From: a virus
Taxonomy: Duplodnaviria; Caudoviricetes
Virus record (IMG/VR): IMGVR_UViG_3300028196_000015
Coordinates: 1-58,336 of that record
DNA length: 58,336 nt
Reading direction: 5' to 3' (one strand)
Part shown: piece by piece, positions 45,031 to 53,978 of the stretch
Layout of the letters: each line of letters starts with the position of its first letter
How positions within the stretch are numbered: position 1 is the first letter of the stretch
The notes under the pieces: model-generated
Databases searched by the model: none
Seen by the model: only the letters and a program-made list of their open reading frames with translations
What the model was told of the DNA's origin: nothing
Made by a program: the position numbers and the translations under genes

Positions 45031-45528
45031 ATGATCGCTGAAACTATTAATAAATCTGCTGGTAAAAAATTTAGAAGTGGTAGTTGGTGGACAAATGCCC
45101 TCATGAATGAACTTCTAAATTATCAAAATAAAGATATTAGCCAGTCAGATACTGGATTTATTATTCCTGGTGATCTTGTATTTTTCATGTACTCAGCAAA
45201 ATATCCACAAAAATACCTCTACTGGGATATGCATCCATTATCATTCATAGTAGATGTAAGTCCAAGAGGAGGTAGTTTTACTGGAATTAATTTACATTAC
45301 CTAAATCCACAATATAGAAAAGGATTTGCAAAATCCCTCATAAATAAAACAGGAATAACTAATGCACCTAAAAAGACTATACATAAATATCTTTTCACTG
45401 GTGTAATGAGTGATTTAATGAAAGTTCCCAAATCAGAATGGGGTGAAGTATCGATATTACCTACCGAATCTTTTGTAAACAAAGATGGTAGAAAAGTACC
45501 TAAGTACAGAGTTTGGGACGCACCTTAA
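45031..45528 (+). CDS. gp2: DNA end protector protein gp2
   Basis: PG-L-FFMYSAK, YWD-HPL, GINLHYL, HKYL, EW...LPTE-F. Confidence 0.85.
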   Translation: MIAETINKSAGKKFRSGSWWTNALMNELLNYQNKDISQSDTGFIIPGDLVFFMYSAKYPQKYLYWDMHPLSFIVDVSPRGGSFTGINLHYLNPQYRKGFAKSLINKTGITNAPKKTIHKYLFTGVMSDLMKVPKSEWGEVSILPTESFVNKDGRKVPKYRVWDAP

Positions 45529-47007
45529 ATGGCATATCTAATTGTAGAAGATGATTTACATACATGTCCAACTTGTGGACCTTTTGGTATTACTTTAGGA
45601 TTAAGATATGACCCAGTAACGGGACAATATCAACTAAAAGAAGAAGGACTAGTTGGATACGATACTCCATTAACTGCCATATTTTATCAGGATGGTACTT
45701 GGACTATGGATGCTATCCAAGACCCACAATTATTTGAAAATGGTGATGAAAACAAACCAACACCACTAACACAATCTTTAAGCACATCACTAAGACAAAA
45801 AACTCAACAAGCACATGTAGCAATAGGTGGTAATGCTGGTGGTCATAATCTTCATCCAACTGCACAAGTATCTCAACATACTGCTGTACCAGGAGTTTTA
45901 AATCAATTTCCTGGCACAGATCCAGGATTAGCAGGACCAATCCTGGATTTACTTCCAGGAAACGTAATAGAACCAGAAGGTAATACAGACCCAACTCAAA
46001 CACCAGCACCAAATGTAACCCCTGATAAATCAACACAAGGTGGACTTGGTTTCGCATTCCCGTTAAAATACCCTTTAGATGTTCTAGAAACGCAGCAAGA
46101 TTTCCTAAAAATAGAACAATTTGAATTATTAAAATCTGGTGATATTGGTGTTTTTGGAGACCCAGGAAGTGTAGTAAAGGATGGGTTAGTACCACTTGGG
46201 GGAAGGCAGAAAGAAACTAAAGGAAGACTTTATTTGCCAATTCCAAATAATGCGGCAGATAGTAATGCAACTGCATGGGGTGCAGATCAAATGAATAATT
46301 TGACTGCTAGTGTAGTTGCGATGACAAGTCAAGACATAAAATCAGGAATATTTAATGCTTCAACAGCAGCTGGAGTATTATCAGCAGGACTGCAGCAGGT
46401 TGCTGCTATTAATCCAGCACAGGCAATAGCAATTGGACGTGTTGTCAAACAAGCTGGTGGAATGGATGCAGTACAAGGTCCACTTTTACAGCAAGTACAA
46501 AGTATGATAACATCTGCATTATTAAAACAGGCATCTTTCGATGTTCCTGCAGAGCAAATACTAGCAAGAAGTGGAGTTGTTCCAAACTCAAATCTCGAGC
46601 TTTTATTCAGTAATGTGACATTAAGAGAATTTACCTTTTCTTACAGAATGAGTCCAAGAAGTGATCGTGAAGCACTAGAGGTCAGAAGAATAATACACTT
46701 CTTTAAAAAAGGAATGGCAGCAAAGAAAACATCTGCAGCAGGTGCTTTAAATGCCGGAACATTTTTAAAAAGTCCAAATGTATTTGAATTGGGATATAAG
46801 ACAGGAGGAGAATCTAATGACATTATTGGTATGAATAAGTTTAAACTGTGTGCATTAACAAATTTTGCTGTTAATTATTCACCAGACGGACAATTTTCTG
46901 CATATGAGGAAGGTCAACCAGTATCTTATAATATTGCAATGTCATTCTCTGAACTTGCACCAATATACGAATCAGATTATACAGATTCATCAACTGTAGG
47001 TTTCTAA
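45529..47007 (+). CDS. gp48: baseplate tail tube cap gp48
   Basis: LKYP, LYLPIP, NSNLELLF, LREFTFSYRMSPRS-REA, FL-SPNVF, CALT, FSEL-PIY. Confidence 0.88.
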   Translation: MAYLIVEDDLHTCPTCGPFGITLGLRYDPVTGQYQLKEEGLVGYDTPLTAIFYQDGTWTMDAIQDPQLFENGDENKPTPLTQSLSTSLRQKTQQAHVAIGGNAGGHNLHPTAQVSQHTAVPGVLNQFPGTDPGLAGPILDLLPGNVIEPEGNTDPTQTPAPNVTPDKSTQGGLGFAFPLKYPLDVLETQQDFLKIEQFELLKSGDIGVFGDPGSVVKDGLVPLGGRQKETKGRLYLPIPNNAADSNATAWGADQMNNLTASVVAMTSQDIKSGIFNASTAAGVLSAGLQQVAAINPAQAIAIGRVVKQAGGMDAVQGPLLQQVQSMITSALLKQASFDVPAEQILARSGVVPNSNLELLFSNVTLREFTFSYRMSPRSDREALEVRRIIHFFKKGMAAKKTSAAGALNAGTFLKSPNVFELGYKTGGESNDIIGMNKFKLCALTNFAVNYSPDGQFSAYEEGQPVSYNIAMSFSELAPIYESDYTDSSTVGF

Positions 47008-47008
47008 A

Positions 47009-47857
47009 ATGTCTTACTTCTCTAATTTACCAAATGTACAATATCAGCAAAATCCAAAAGGCAATGGTTCTTTAAATGATTTTTCCACTGTTAAAAATTT
47101 ATTTAAAAGACCCAAAGTAAGAACGGATATATTTAATAATATAACAAACTTCCAAAAATATGAAATACAAGATGGTGATAGACCAGATACACTAGCAAAA
47201 AGATTTTATGGTGATTCCAGTTTGGATTGGGTTATAAAAATATCCAATAATATAATTAATTTAACTGATGAGTGGCCATTAAGTAATGAGTCATTAAATA
47301 ATTACATGCTTGATAAATATGGAAGTGTAGAAAAACTAGCAGAAGTTCATCATTACGAAACAATAGAATTTAAAGATTCATTTGGAAGAATGGTTATACC
47401 TGGTGGTCTTAAAGTAGACACATCTAAAAGTGAAACTGTAGTGACTAATACTAATTCAAACTCATATTTTACCAGTTCATTTCCAAGTCCAAAAGCAAAT
47501 ACAGTAGTTAGTGTAAATCTAAATCAAAAAGTCGTAGTATATAATAGATCCGGTGGAGCAAGAGATTATAATATAACTAATATTGACACAAATACATCAT
47601 TTCTAGAGATATCATCACATGGGGATAAAAATAATCTTATTGGAATAAATATATTAAATAATTTAGAGTCTTGGCCAACAGGCTGGGGTGGTAATTTGAC
47701 AGTTTTCTTAAGAGATGGATCTGATTTCACCATTTCTATTGATGACGTTATATTAGATAATAAAGTGAGAATACCAGCAAGATTATTTGAATTCACTGGA
47801 ACTATAATTGATGGTGTCTTACAACCAACTTTTAACTTTACAAGAGAAACAGAGTAA
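47009..47857 (+). CDS. gp53: baseplate wedge subunit gp53, N-terminal part plus extra domain
   Basis: MSYFSNLPNVQY, VKNLFKR, LysM-like GDRPDTLA-RFYGDS-LDWVI, EWPL, VHHYET. Confidence 0.85.
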   Translation: MSYFSNLPNVQYQQNPKGNGSLNDFSTVKNLFKRPKVRTDIFNNITNFQKYEIQDGDRPDTLAKRFYGDSSLDWVIKISNNIINLTDEWPLSNESLNNYMLDKYGSVEKLAEVHHYETIEFKDSFGRMVIPGGLKVDTSKSETVVTNTNSNSYFTSSFPSPKANTVVSVNLNQKVVVYNRSGGARDYNITNIDTNTSFLEISSHGDKNNLIGINILNNLESWPTGWGGNLTVFLRDGSDFTISIDDVILDNKVRIPARLFEFTGTIIDGVLQPTFNFTRETE

Positions 47858-48148
47858 ATGAACTTTCCTAAACCAGGCATGAAAGTCTTCATTGAAGAAG
47901 ATGGTCAGATAGTAGAATATTTAACCCCCAGTGGTCAAATTGAAACGATCAAAAGTCGTATAAAAGCAGTAACAAATCAAGAATATGAGATACAACAAAA
48001 TGATAAAAAAAGAACTATCAATATAGCCAAACCAGCATTTGCTGGATTGTTTATAAGGGATTTGAGAGATATGATGTTTTATAAAAAGTCTTCTCAAAGA
48101 ATTGATAAAAAAACAAAAAGAGGATTCAACGAAAGAACTGGAAATTAG
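47858..48148 (+). CDS. gp53: baseplate wedge subunit gp53, C-terminal part as a separate in-frame ORF
   Basis: VTNQEYE---ND-KR-I---KP...D-MFYKKSSQ resembles the gp53 C-terminus; same frame after a single TAA. Confidence 0.7.
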   Translation: MNFPKPGMKVFIEEDGQIVEYLTPSGQIETIKSRIKAVTNQEYEIQQNDKKRTINIAKPAFAGLFIRDLRDMMFYKKSSQRIDKKTKRGFNERTGN

Positions 48149-48185
48149 AAAACCCCCCAAACGAAAAATTTGGGGGGCATTTTTT
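48149..48185. terminator. probable bidirectional rho-independent terminator
   Basis: CCCCCCAAA-CGAAAAA-TTTGGGGGG hairpin flanked by A- and T-tracts between convergent gp53 and gp32. Confidence 0.8.
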
Positions 48186-48227
48186 GGACCTTTTTTGTAA
48201 AAAAAGATCAATTTTGAAAACTCTTAC

Positions 48228-49190
48228 TCAACTCTCAGCAAGTTTTTGGAAATAAGAGAGAGCATCATCTTCATCCTCATCATTACTATTGGATGACGAA
48301 GCAGTGATGTCTGGAGCATTAAAATCACTAGTTGAAGAAGATGTCGTATTGTAAGAAGATGCTTCGGAGAAGTCACCCTTACGTTCACGTTCCCATTGAC
48401 TTTCTTCTTCTTCTTGAGATTCTTGGTCTTGGAACTTTGGAGTCGCTCTAGTATTTCCAAGAACAAGGTCAAGACGTTTCTTCAATAGATCATAAGACTT
48501 AAACTGATCTGGTGCAACAAAATCTTGCAAGTTGTACAGTTTATTATAAAGAGATTCTAGTGCATCATCATCACCTTCAAGCAATGCCGAAGTACGTGCA
48601 AATTCAGACGAATCGTAATTCCAGTAACCTGCAACCTTCTTCAACTTCAGTTTGAAGTTAGCACCTTCCCAGAAATCAAATGGGTTGATTGGTTCATCAT
48701 CATCAAACTCAGGTTGCATAGCACCCATAATTTTATCAAAGATTTTCTTTCCGAATTTATACAGAAATACCCGTCCTTCGTTCTCGGGGTTAGCAGGGTC
48801 CTTAACAACATAGATGTTGGCATAGTAGGACAGTTTACGTTTTTGCTTACGTGCTTCGTCCTTATCTGCATCTGACCCAGAGTTCCACAGAACACGATTG
48901 TGTTCAGATACAGGATCGGTTTGTCCAAGAGTTGTCAGAGAGTTCTCAATGTACCAACCACCAGGTCCTTGGAAAGCATGAGACCATACTTGTGCCCAAG
49001 GGAGTTCACTGCCTTCAGGTGCAGGTAGGAATCGGATGACGGCAGAACCTACACCACTCTTGTCCATTACAGGTTTCCAGAGTCTATCATCACCCTTGGA
49101 ACCGTTAGAATTCATTTTTTCGACTTGCTTCACCAGTTTCTCGGTGAGGCTACCCATGCGGGATTGTTTTTTAAGGTCAGAAAAACCCAT
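48228..49190 (-). CDS. gp32: single-stranded DNA-binding protein gp32
   Basis: DDRLWKP, AVIRFLPAP, HAFQGPGGWYIENSLTT, KRKLSYYANI, FDFWEGANFKLK, NYDSSEF, acidic tail. Confidence 0.96.
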   Translation of the reverse strand: MGFSDLKKQSRMGSLTEKLVKQVEKMNSNGSKGDDRLWKPVMDKSGVGSAVIRFLPAPEGSELPWAQVWSHAFQGPGGWYIENSLTTLGQTDPVSEHNRVLWNSGSDADKDEARKQKRKLSYYANIYVVKDPANPENEGRVFLYKFGKKIFDKIMGAMQPEFDDDEPINPFDFWEGANFKLKLKKVAGYWNYDSSEFARTSALLEGDDDALESLYNKLYNLQDFVAPDQFKSYDLLKKRLDLVLGNTRATPKFQDQESQEEEESQWERERKGDFSEASSYNTTSSSTSDFNAPDITASSSNSNDEDEDDALSYFQKLAES

Positions 49191-49272
49191 TTGTATTCTC
49201 CGTATTTTTAGTATTGGATGTGTGTGTCGTATTGACTTATTAATTATAGCAGAAAGGGGTCCTAGTCGTCAA
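49191..49272 (-). promoter_or_regulatory. gp32 promoter and repetitive leader
   Basis: TTGACG, 18 nt, TATAAT with extended TG (49272-49243); the leader has four AATAC copies at 9/9/18-nt spacing. Confidence 0.65.
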
Positions 49273-49594
49273 GGTTTTTCTCAAGTGTGTCTATTTGAGA
49301 CTCAAGTATATCAAAAAACTCATTTACACTAGAACCTTCAGGGAGTCCAAAAATCTTAGCAGAATCTAGAATATTATTTCTTAGTTCTACTGCTTCTGGA
49401 TCATCGGAGAGAGATAACCTAAAGATGAAATTTTTCTGTTTTTCAAGAAATTCTCTCATTAAATTTAGATGCTCTTGCTTTCCTGAACTATTTTCAAAAG
49501 GGATAGTTAGTAACTGTTCAAATATTTTTTGTTGCAATTTATCAAGTTCCATTACAGATTCTCTGACTACTTCTGAATCAAAAAATCTACTCAT
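49262..49594 (-). CDS. DUF1825-like conserved cyanophage protein
   Basis: FFDSEVVR...LEKQK-F-FRLSLSDDPEA. Confidence 0.7.
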   Translation of the reverse strand: MSRFFDSEVVRESVMELDKLQQKIFEQLLTIPFENSSGKQEHLNLMREFLEKQKNFIFRLSLSDDPEAVELRNNILDSAKIFGLPEGSSVNEFFDILESQIDTLEKNLDD

Positions 49595-50181
49595 AGTACT
49601 ATCTCCTTTAAAATATTTTTACATTTGGACTCATCAATATTTAGGAAAGGTTTATATTTCTTAATTCTTAAACTTATAGTCTCCCATATAGGATCATTGA
49701 TATTTTTATCAAATCTTTTTACATATCCTAAAATATTATCAAGTATAACCATTGTTTCTAACGTAATAGCATTTTGTAAATGCTTTCTCAGTATATCTGG
49801 ATGTTGATTTGGTTTGCATTCAAAAATAGTATTAAGGTTACTTTTAGAAATAAAAACCTCACTTTCTGTTTTAAACATATAAGTGAGGCTTTGCATTTTT
49901 TTTAACCAATTAAGATAATTTTTTTCACCATTGGCAATAATTTCACCTATCCAAAGCCTTTCTGGATCATCACATTCAACAAAGTTAGCTACAAAATATG
50001 CTTTGATTTCTTCGTCAGACTTTTGTCTAGACATTTTTTCAAAGAAGTATCTATCTTTTCTTTTATGAAATGAAGTTACAGATGCTCTAGATTTTCCACA
50101 GTATTTAAAATAATCATAACTTGACTTTGTGAAGTGATTCTTCATTGCCAAGTATGTTTTGTAAACATCAAAAGGGGTCAC
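49591..50181 (-). CDS. gp59: helicase loader gp59
   Basis: Y-TYLAMKNHFT--YDYFKY-GK, F-KRKDRYFF, I-LET, KY-PFL. Confidence 0.9.
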   Translation of the reverse strand: MTPFDVYKTYLAMKNHFTKSSYDYFKYCGKSRASVTSFHKRKDRYFFEKMSRQKSDEEIKAYFVANFVECDDPERLWIGEIIANGEKNYLNWLKKMQSLTYMFKTESEVFISKSNLNTIFECKPNQHPDILRKHLQNAITLETMVILDNILGYVKRFDKNINDPIWETISLRIKKYKPFLNIDESKCKNILKEIVL

Positions 50182-50183
50182 GA

Positions 50184-50438
50184 TTAAAAGTTCAAAGTTG
50201 CTCTACTAGTTTTCTTAAGAAAATTCAATTTAGTTGCCTCACACTTAAGTTTTTCTTTAAGTGGTTTTGACATCAATTTAGGAACTGATTCAATCTCAAT
50301 TTTATTTTCTTCGCAATATGTAACTATTGCGTCGATGTAACTAGTCTTTGAAACTTTTACAATGCTTTCAATATCTTGAGCAAATTTTTGTGGACATAAA
50401 AATTTATCTTTAATTGCGTCTTTAATATTTTTGTCCAT
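50184..50438 (-). CDS. gp33: late promoter transcription coactivator gp33
   Basis: KFAQDIE, YIDAIV-YCEEN-IEIESVPKL-SKPLKEKLK-EA-LNFLK; start placed at MDKNIK. Confidence 0.88.
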   Translation of the reverse strand: MDKNIKDAIKDKFLCPQKFAQDIESIVKVSKTSYIDAIVTYCEENKIEIESVPKLMSKPLKEKLKCEATKLNFLKKTSRATLNF

Positions 50439-50439
50439 A

Positions 50440-51126
50440 TTAATTGGTTTTGCTATCAACAAATTCTCTAATGTATTCGACGAGAAGTTTAATATACTTC
50501 CCTTTGTCATATTCTTCATAGACTTCACACTCTCCATTTTCGCAGGCCATAATAATTACAAGTTTTTTGACAGGAATTTCTGTCATTTCGTATAGCATAC
50601 AAGCATATGCTGCTGCTTGAACAAAATAATTTTCAATCCATTCTACTGGTTTTGGTTTTTTAGAAGTCTTAAAGTCAATGATGGCCAGTTCAGGTTCACC
50701 ATTTTCCCCAGTATATTCTGCAATGCAATCTACTGTTCCAGCAATTCCTAACACGTCACTATAAAGTGAATTTTCAATCGCATGGATATTATTTATTTTA
50801 TCCAGTTCTTTTTTTGCAATTTTAAATAGATAATCAGATAAAGGTTGTACTTTAGGTAACTCATTATTAAGCAGATAATTTTCTGCAAGAGTGTGCATGT
50901 CAGTACCACGACTTGTAGATTGTTTGGTTACTTTATTAGCTTCTGCTTCACCAACTCTTTTTCTCCAATCAATAAAAATCTGACGATTATAATGACTAGT
51001 AATTGAAGTAATAGATACAAGTCTTTTTACATTTTCCGCTCCAGGAATTTTATAGAACCTAACTCCGTCAATAGTTTCTCTTTCTAATCTAGGAAGATTT
51101 AAATCAATATGATTAAATTTATACAT
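50440..51126 (-). CDS. PD-(D/E)XK exonuclease (Cas4-like/RecB-type)
   Basis: SITSI, RGT-MH, E-LYS, AGTVDCIAE, IIDFKTS, YFVQ-AYA. Confidence 0.85.
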   Translation of the reverse strand: MYKFNHIDLNLPRLERETIDGVRFYKIPGAENVKRLVSITSITSHYNRQIFIDWRKRVGEAEANKVTKQSTSRGTDMHTLAENYLLNNELPKVQPLSDYLFKIAKKELDKINNIHAIENSLYSDVLGIAGTVDCIAEYTGENGEPELAIIDFKTSKKPKPVEWIENYFVQAAAYACMLYEMTEIPVKKLVIIMACENGECEVYEEYDKGKYIKLLVEYIREFVDSKTN

Positions 51127-51883
51127 TCAAATTTAGTTCTATTTTTGCAGTTAGATATTCTTTAACTAATCCTGAACGAACAATATCATCAAGACCAAAT
51201 TCAATTATATCAAAAGATGGCATTTTTCTCAAGATTGACATAAAATCACTAATACCATTTCTTTCATTAGTTTTAAGTAAGTCACTCTGCGATGCATCAC
51301 CACAGAACATAATCTTAGAATTTTCACCAACACGAGTAATTATACTATCAAGTTCATGAAAATTCAAGTTTTGAAATTCATCAACAATAATAATAGAATT
51401 ATCTAGAGTAGTACCACGAACAAAAGAAGTACTCCAAAACTTAATTGTTTCTTGTTGTTTGAGATTGCCATATAGCATCTCAAAGTCAGTTTCGGTAGGA
51501 AGTTGGAACATATACTTTACCATATTCTTATACGGAATTTGGTAAATGTCTGCCTTGTCTTCATGGTCACCAGGAAGAAAACCAATTTCTCTTGTGGCAA
51601 CTAAAGAACGAATGACATAAATTTGTTCATATGGACTGATTTCATCCATCACTTCATGTAATGCTTTGTATAAAGTAATAAATGTTTTTCCAGTTCCTGC
51701 TGCACCATAAGCAACAATATTTTTACCTTCACTATAAGAATCAAAAAGTTTTGTCTGATTATCAGTCAAAGGCTCAATATTGAGAAGAAGATTCTTATTT
51801 AATGGCTTCTTCTTTTTCATTTGCTTAACCGTCATGCCAACTCCAATAGGTTGGTCACTTGTTCCTCTTTTTTTTCTAGCCAT
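51119..51883 (-). CDS. phoH: PhoH-like ATPase
   Basis: GAAGTGKT, IGFLPG, RGTTL, VDEFQN, TRVG, GDASQSD, DIVRSG. Confidence 0.95.
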   Translation of the reverse strand: MARKKRGTSDQPIGVGMTVKQMKKKKPLNKNLLLNIEPLTDNQTKLFDSYSEGKNIVAYGAAGTGKTFITLYKALHEVMDEISPYEQIYVIRSLVATREIGFLPGDHEDKADIYQIPYKNMVKYMFQLPTETDFEMLYGNLKQQETIKFWSTSFVRGTTLDNSIIIVDEFQNLNFHELDSIITRVGENSKIMFCGDASQSDLLKTNERNGISDFMSILRKMPSFDIIEFGLDDIVRSGLVKEYLTAKIELNLNV

Positions 51884-51884
51884 A

Positions 51885-52130
51885 TCAAATTTTAAGGTTT
51901 CTTGCTCCAGGTTGCTGAGATGCTTTTTCTAACACCTGATTCCAACCTGGTTTGTTTTGAATAAGTTTGTTTTGCCAATCACCAACCTCACCAAATCCTG
52001 GTGAATTATATGGAGTATAATATCGTTCCCATTCAGGATTGTCAATTTTCCACTGGTCCCATTCATGAACACTCATCTTCACGTCTTTAGTTTCACCAGT
52101 TTCAATATGCTTTACAGGATAAGTTGCCAT
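51885..52130 (-). CDS. conserved cyanophage hypothetical protein
   Basis: MATYPV...W-DNP-W...PGWN-VL. Confidence 0.8.
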   Translation of the reverse strand: MATYPVKHIETGETKDVKMSVHEWDQWKIDNPEWERYYTPYNSPGFGEVGDWQNKLIQNKPGWNQVLEKASQQPGARNLKI

Positions 52131-52155
52131 TCTTTATAAATTCATACAAAAATAT

Positions 52156-52791
52156 TTAGACCCACTCCAGTGCCTCTGCACAGACAGGAAACTGACCAGA
52201 AAAGATGCACTTGCACTCATTAGCAATATCCATATGCTCTTTCTGTGTTCCATTGGCAGACCTCAGATCGATATAATGGATCCATGACCGAACTGAGCCT
52301 GTCATATAAAGTTTAGTCCCCACTGCCAAAGGAAGCACAAATCGAGCACATTCCTTTGCAATACCTTCATCAAGCATTTTTTGATACAATTCCATACCTT
52401 TGGAAAAATGATCTTGCATCAACATTTCAAATTTCTGTACTGTGAATGGATCAATATCATCAATACTATTCTGTCTGTTCTTTGTATCTTGTCTACGAAG
52501 TTCTGGTAGAGCAATCTTATCACCAAGCAGAGATGAGTCTGCATATCTTTGTGAAAATTCTTGATATGTAAATGAACGGTGGCGCAATATTTGAGCTGCT
52601 AGTCCCCTGGTGGTCTCAATCTCAAGAGTCATGAATGCTTGCTCAAATACAGACCAGTGATTGTGCTTGATACAATACTTCAGTAGTCCTGCCACATTTG
52701 GATTCTCTTGATTATTAGGATTACTCACACGGGCAACATATCCCATATGCTTTTCTGCATCAGGGGTAGCACTAATAAGTTTTACATTCAT
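52156..52791 (-). CDS. thyX: flavin-dependent thymidylate synthase ThyX
   Basis: HWSVFE, ThyX motif RHRSFTYQEFSQRY, KECARFVLP, RSWIHY-LR, QKEH. Confidence 0.96.
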   Translation of the reverse strand: MNVKLISATPDAEKHMGYVARVSNPNNQENPNVAGLLKYCIKHNHWSVFEQAFMTLEIETTRGLAAQILRHRSFTYQEFSQRYADSSLLGDKIALPELRRQDTKNRQNSIDDIDPFTVQKFEMLMQDHFSKGMELYQKMLDEGIAKECARFVLPLAVGTKLYMTGSVRSWIHYIDLRSANGTQKEHMDIANECKCIFSGQFPVCAEALEWV

Positions 52792-52952
52792 TGTCCAAAT
52801 CCTTTTTTCTGTGTATTTTCTAAGTTTGCAATTTCTTGCTTTAAAATTCTTAATTGAGATTTAATTTCTCTAATTTTTTCTTCATCATACAAATGATCTT
52901 GTTTAACAAGACGTTCTAACATCTTAATTAATTCTTTTCCTTTACTTGTCAT
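52788..52952 (-). CDS. small hypothetical protein (54 aa)
   Basis: Manual translation MTSKGKELIKMLERLVKQDHLYDEEKIREIKSQLRILKQEIANLENTQKKGFGQ; stop overlaps the thyX ATG. Confidence 0.7.
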   Translation of the reverse strand: MTSKGKELIKMLERLVKQDHLYDEEKIREIKSQLRILKQEIANLENTQKKGFGQ

Positions 52953-53493
52953 CAGTTTCAACCTCTAGTTTATATGCTAATGTTACTCTCAAATCATTAA
53001 AGTTTTTTGATACTGGTTGTGCATGATGAAAAATAGTTGAATCAAAGTATACTGCACTATTTGGAAATGGAAAGAATATTTTACTATCAAATCCAAAGTC
53101 AAATGCTGTTCCACCTGCCCAATTTTTTTCCCACTTTGTATTACAATACATTAAAAGAGTTCTTGAGTTATCATGAAAAGCATCTGGATGCATATATCCC
53201 TGTTGTCCATAAGTTTGACCATTAAAGTAAACTCGTTCTAGGGATATCTTTTCTTGAGTTAATTTATATATTTTTTCTTTTATTAAACTAAACAATTCTT
53301 CTGTGAAGAATTTTTCTTTATTAAGATCACACATCCAATGGGTTTCCATATTCTTAGTTGCCATAGAAGAACCAGTATACTTCCATGATAAGTGATAATC
53401 ATAATTACAATTTATATTATCAATTATATTAATAATATTTTCAAAATGTTCTTTTGATACAATATCTTTAATATGCAATATTTGGTCTTTCAT
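52942..53493 (-). CDS. 2OG-Fe(II) oxygenase (prolyl-4-hydroxylase-like)
   Basis: HxD (HPD), TLLMY-N-W--W-GGT-F, distal H, R-TLAYK. Confidence 0.82.
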   Translation of the reverse strand: MKDQILHIKDIVSKEHFENIINIIDNINCNYDYHLSWKYTGSSMATKNMETHWMCDLNKEKFFTEELFSLIKEKIYKLTQEKISLERVYFNGQTYGQQGYMHPDAFHDNSRTLLMYCNTKWEKNWAGGTAFDFGFDSKIFFPFPNSAVYFDSTIFHHAQPVSKNFNDLRVTLAYKLEVETDDK

Positions 53494-53498
53494 TGCAA

Positions 53499-53663
53499 TT
53501 AGTCTGGATAACCATCATCATTAAATACTTCATCATAATCTCTCATTGATGGACCTTTATATGCCGTATCGTATGCATTTACATCAGAATATACTTCAGA
53601 TTTTAGACCATCAACGAGCAACTCTAAATTTCTTACAATTAATTTTAATTTTTCTTTGTCCAT
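53499..53663 (-). CDS. conserved cyanophage hypothetical protein
   Basis: MDKEKLKLIVRNLELLVDGLKSEVYSD...DDGYPD; start placed after the promoter. Confidence 0.75.
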   Translation of the reverse strand: MDKEKLKLIVRNLELLVDGLKSEVYSDVNAYDTAYKGPSMRDYDEVFNDDGYPD

Positions 53664-53683
53664 AATAACTATCTTCTCACTCA

Positions 53684-53724
53684 ATTTTACACAAAAAATG
53701 GGAGGTTGTCAATAAACCTCCCAT
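53684..53724 (-). terminator. terminator overlapping a sigma70 promoter
   Basis: ATGGGAGGTT-TATTGAC-AACCTCCCAT-TTTTT; TTGACA (53712-53707), 17 nt, TAAAAT (53689-53684). Confidence 0.8.
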
Positions 53725-53748
53725 ATTTCAATTAATTGTTACAAGTAA

Positions 53749-53916
53749 TCACTTAGTATAAAGACGACCACGATAGCAGAATGTACCGTGTGTTTCCTTA
53801 CTCTCTACACAACGTGTCGAGTACTCAACACCACGATATGAGGTGTGAGTAATCTGTGCGTCGTGCAAAGCAGATGCTTTATTAATCTGCTTCTTGATGA
53901 TGTTTAGTGTGTTCAT
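53749..53916 (-). CDS. DUF4278-family small protein (two YRG motifs)
   Basis: Manual translation MNTLNIIKKQINKASALHDAQITHTSYRGVEYSTRCVESKETHGTFCYRGRLYTK; AGGAG RBS at 53928-53924. Confidence 0.85.
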   Translation of the reverse strand: MNTLNIIKKQINKASALHDAQITHTSYRGVEYSTRCVESKETHGTFCYRGRLYTK

Positions 53917-53978
53917 TTGGTTACTCCTGAAGTTGGGTGAAAATTAACCTTCTCTCGTTTCCGAGGATCCGTGTTTTC

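Noticed and set aside
45031-48148. Stop-codon reassignment suggested by in-frame TAA-ATG junctions (gp2/gp48 and the gp53 halves)
   Set aside because: gp2 and gp48 are each complete genes, TAA ends many ordinary genes here, and neither tRNA is a suppressor
50439-50537. Longer gp33 start given by the ORF track
   Set aside because: It overlaps the exonuclease C-terminus; gp33-like sequence begins at MDKNIK
50440-51126. Cas4-like nuclease as evidence of a CRISPR system
   Set aside because: No repeat-spacer array or other cas genes seen; this is the usual exonuclease beside phoH and gp33
52156-52791. Intron or intein in thymidylate synthase
   Set aside because: thyX is continuous and of normal length
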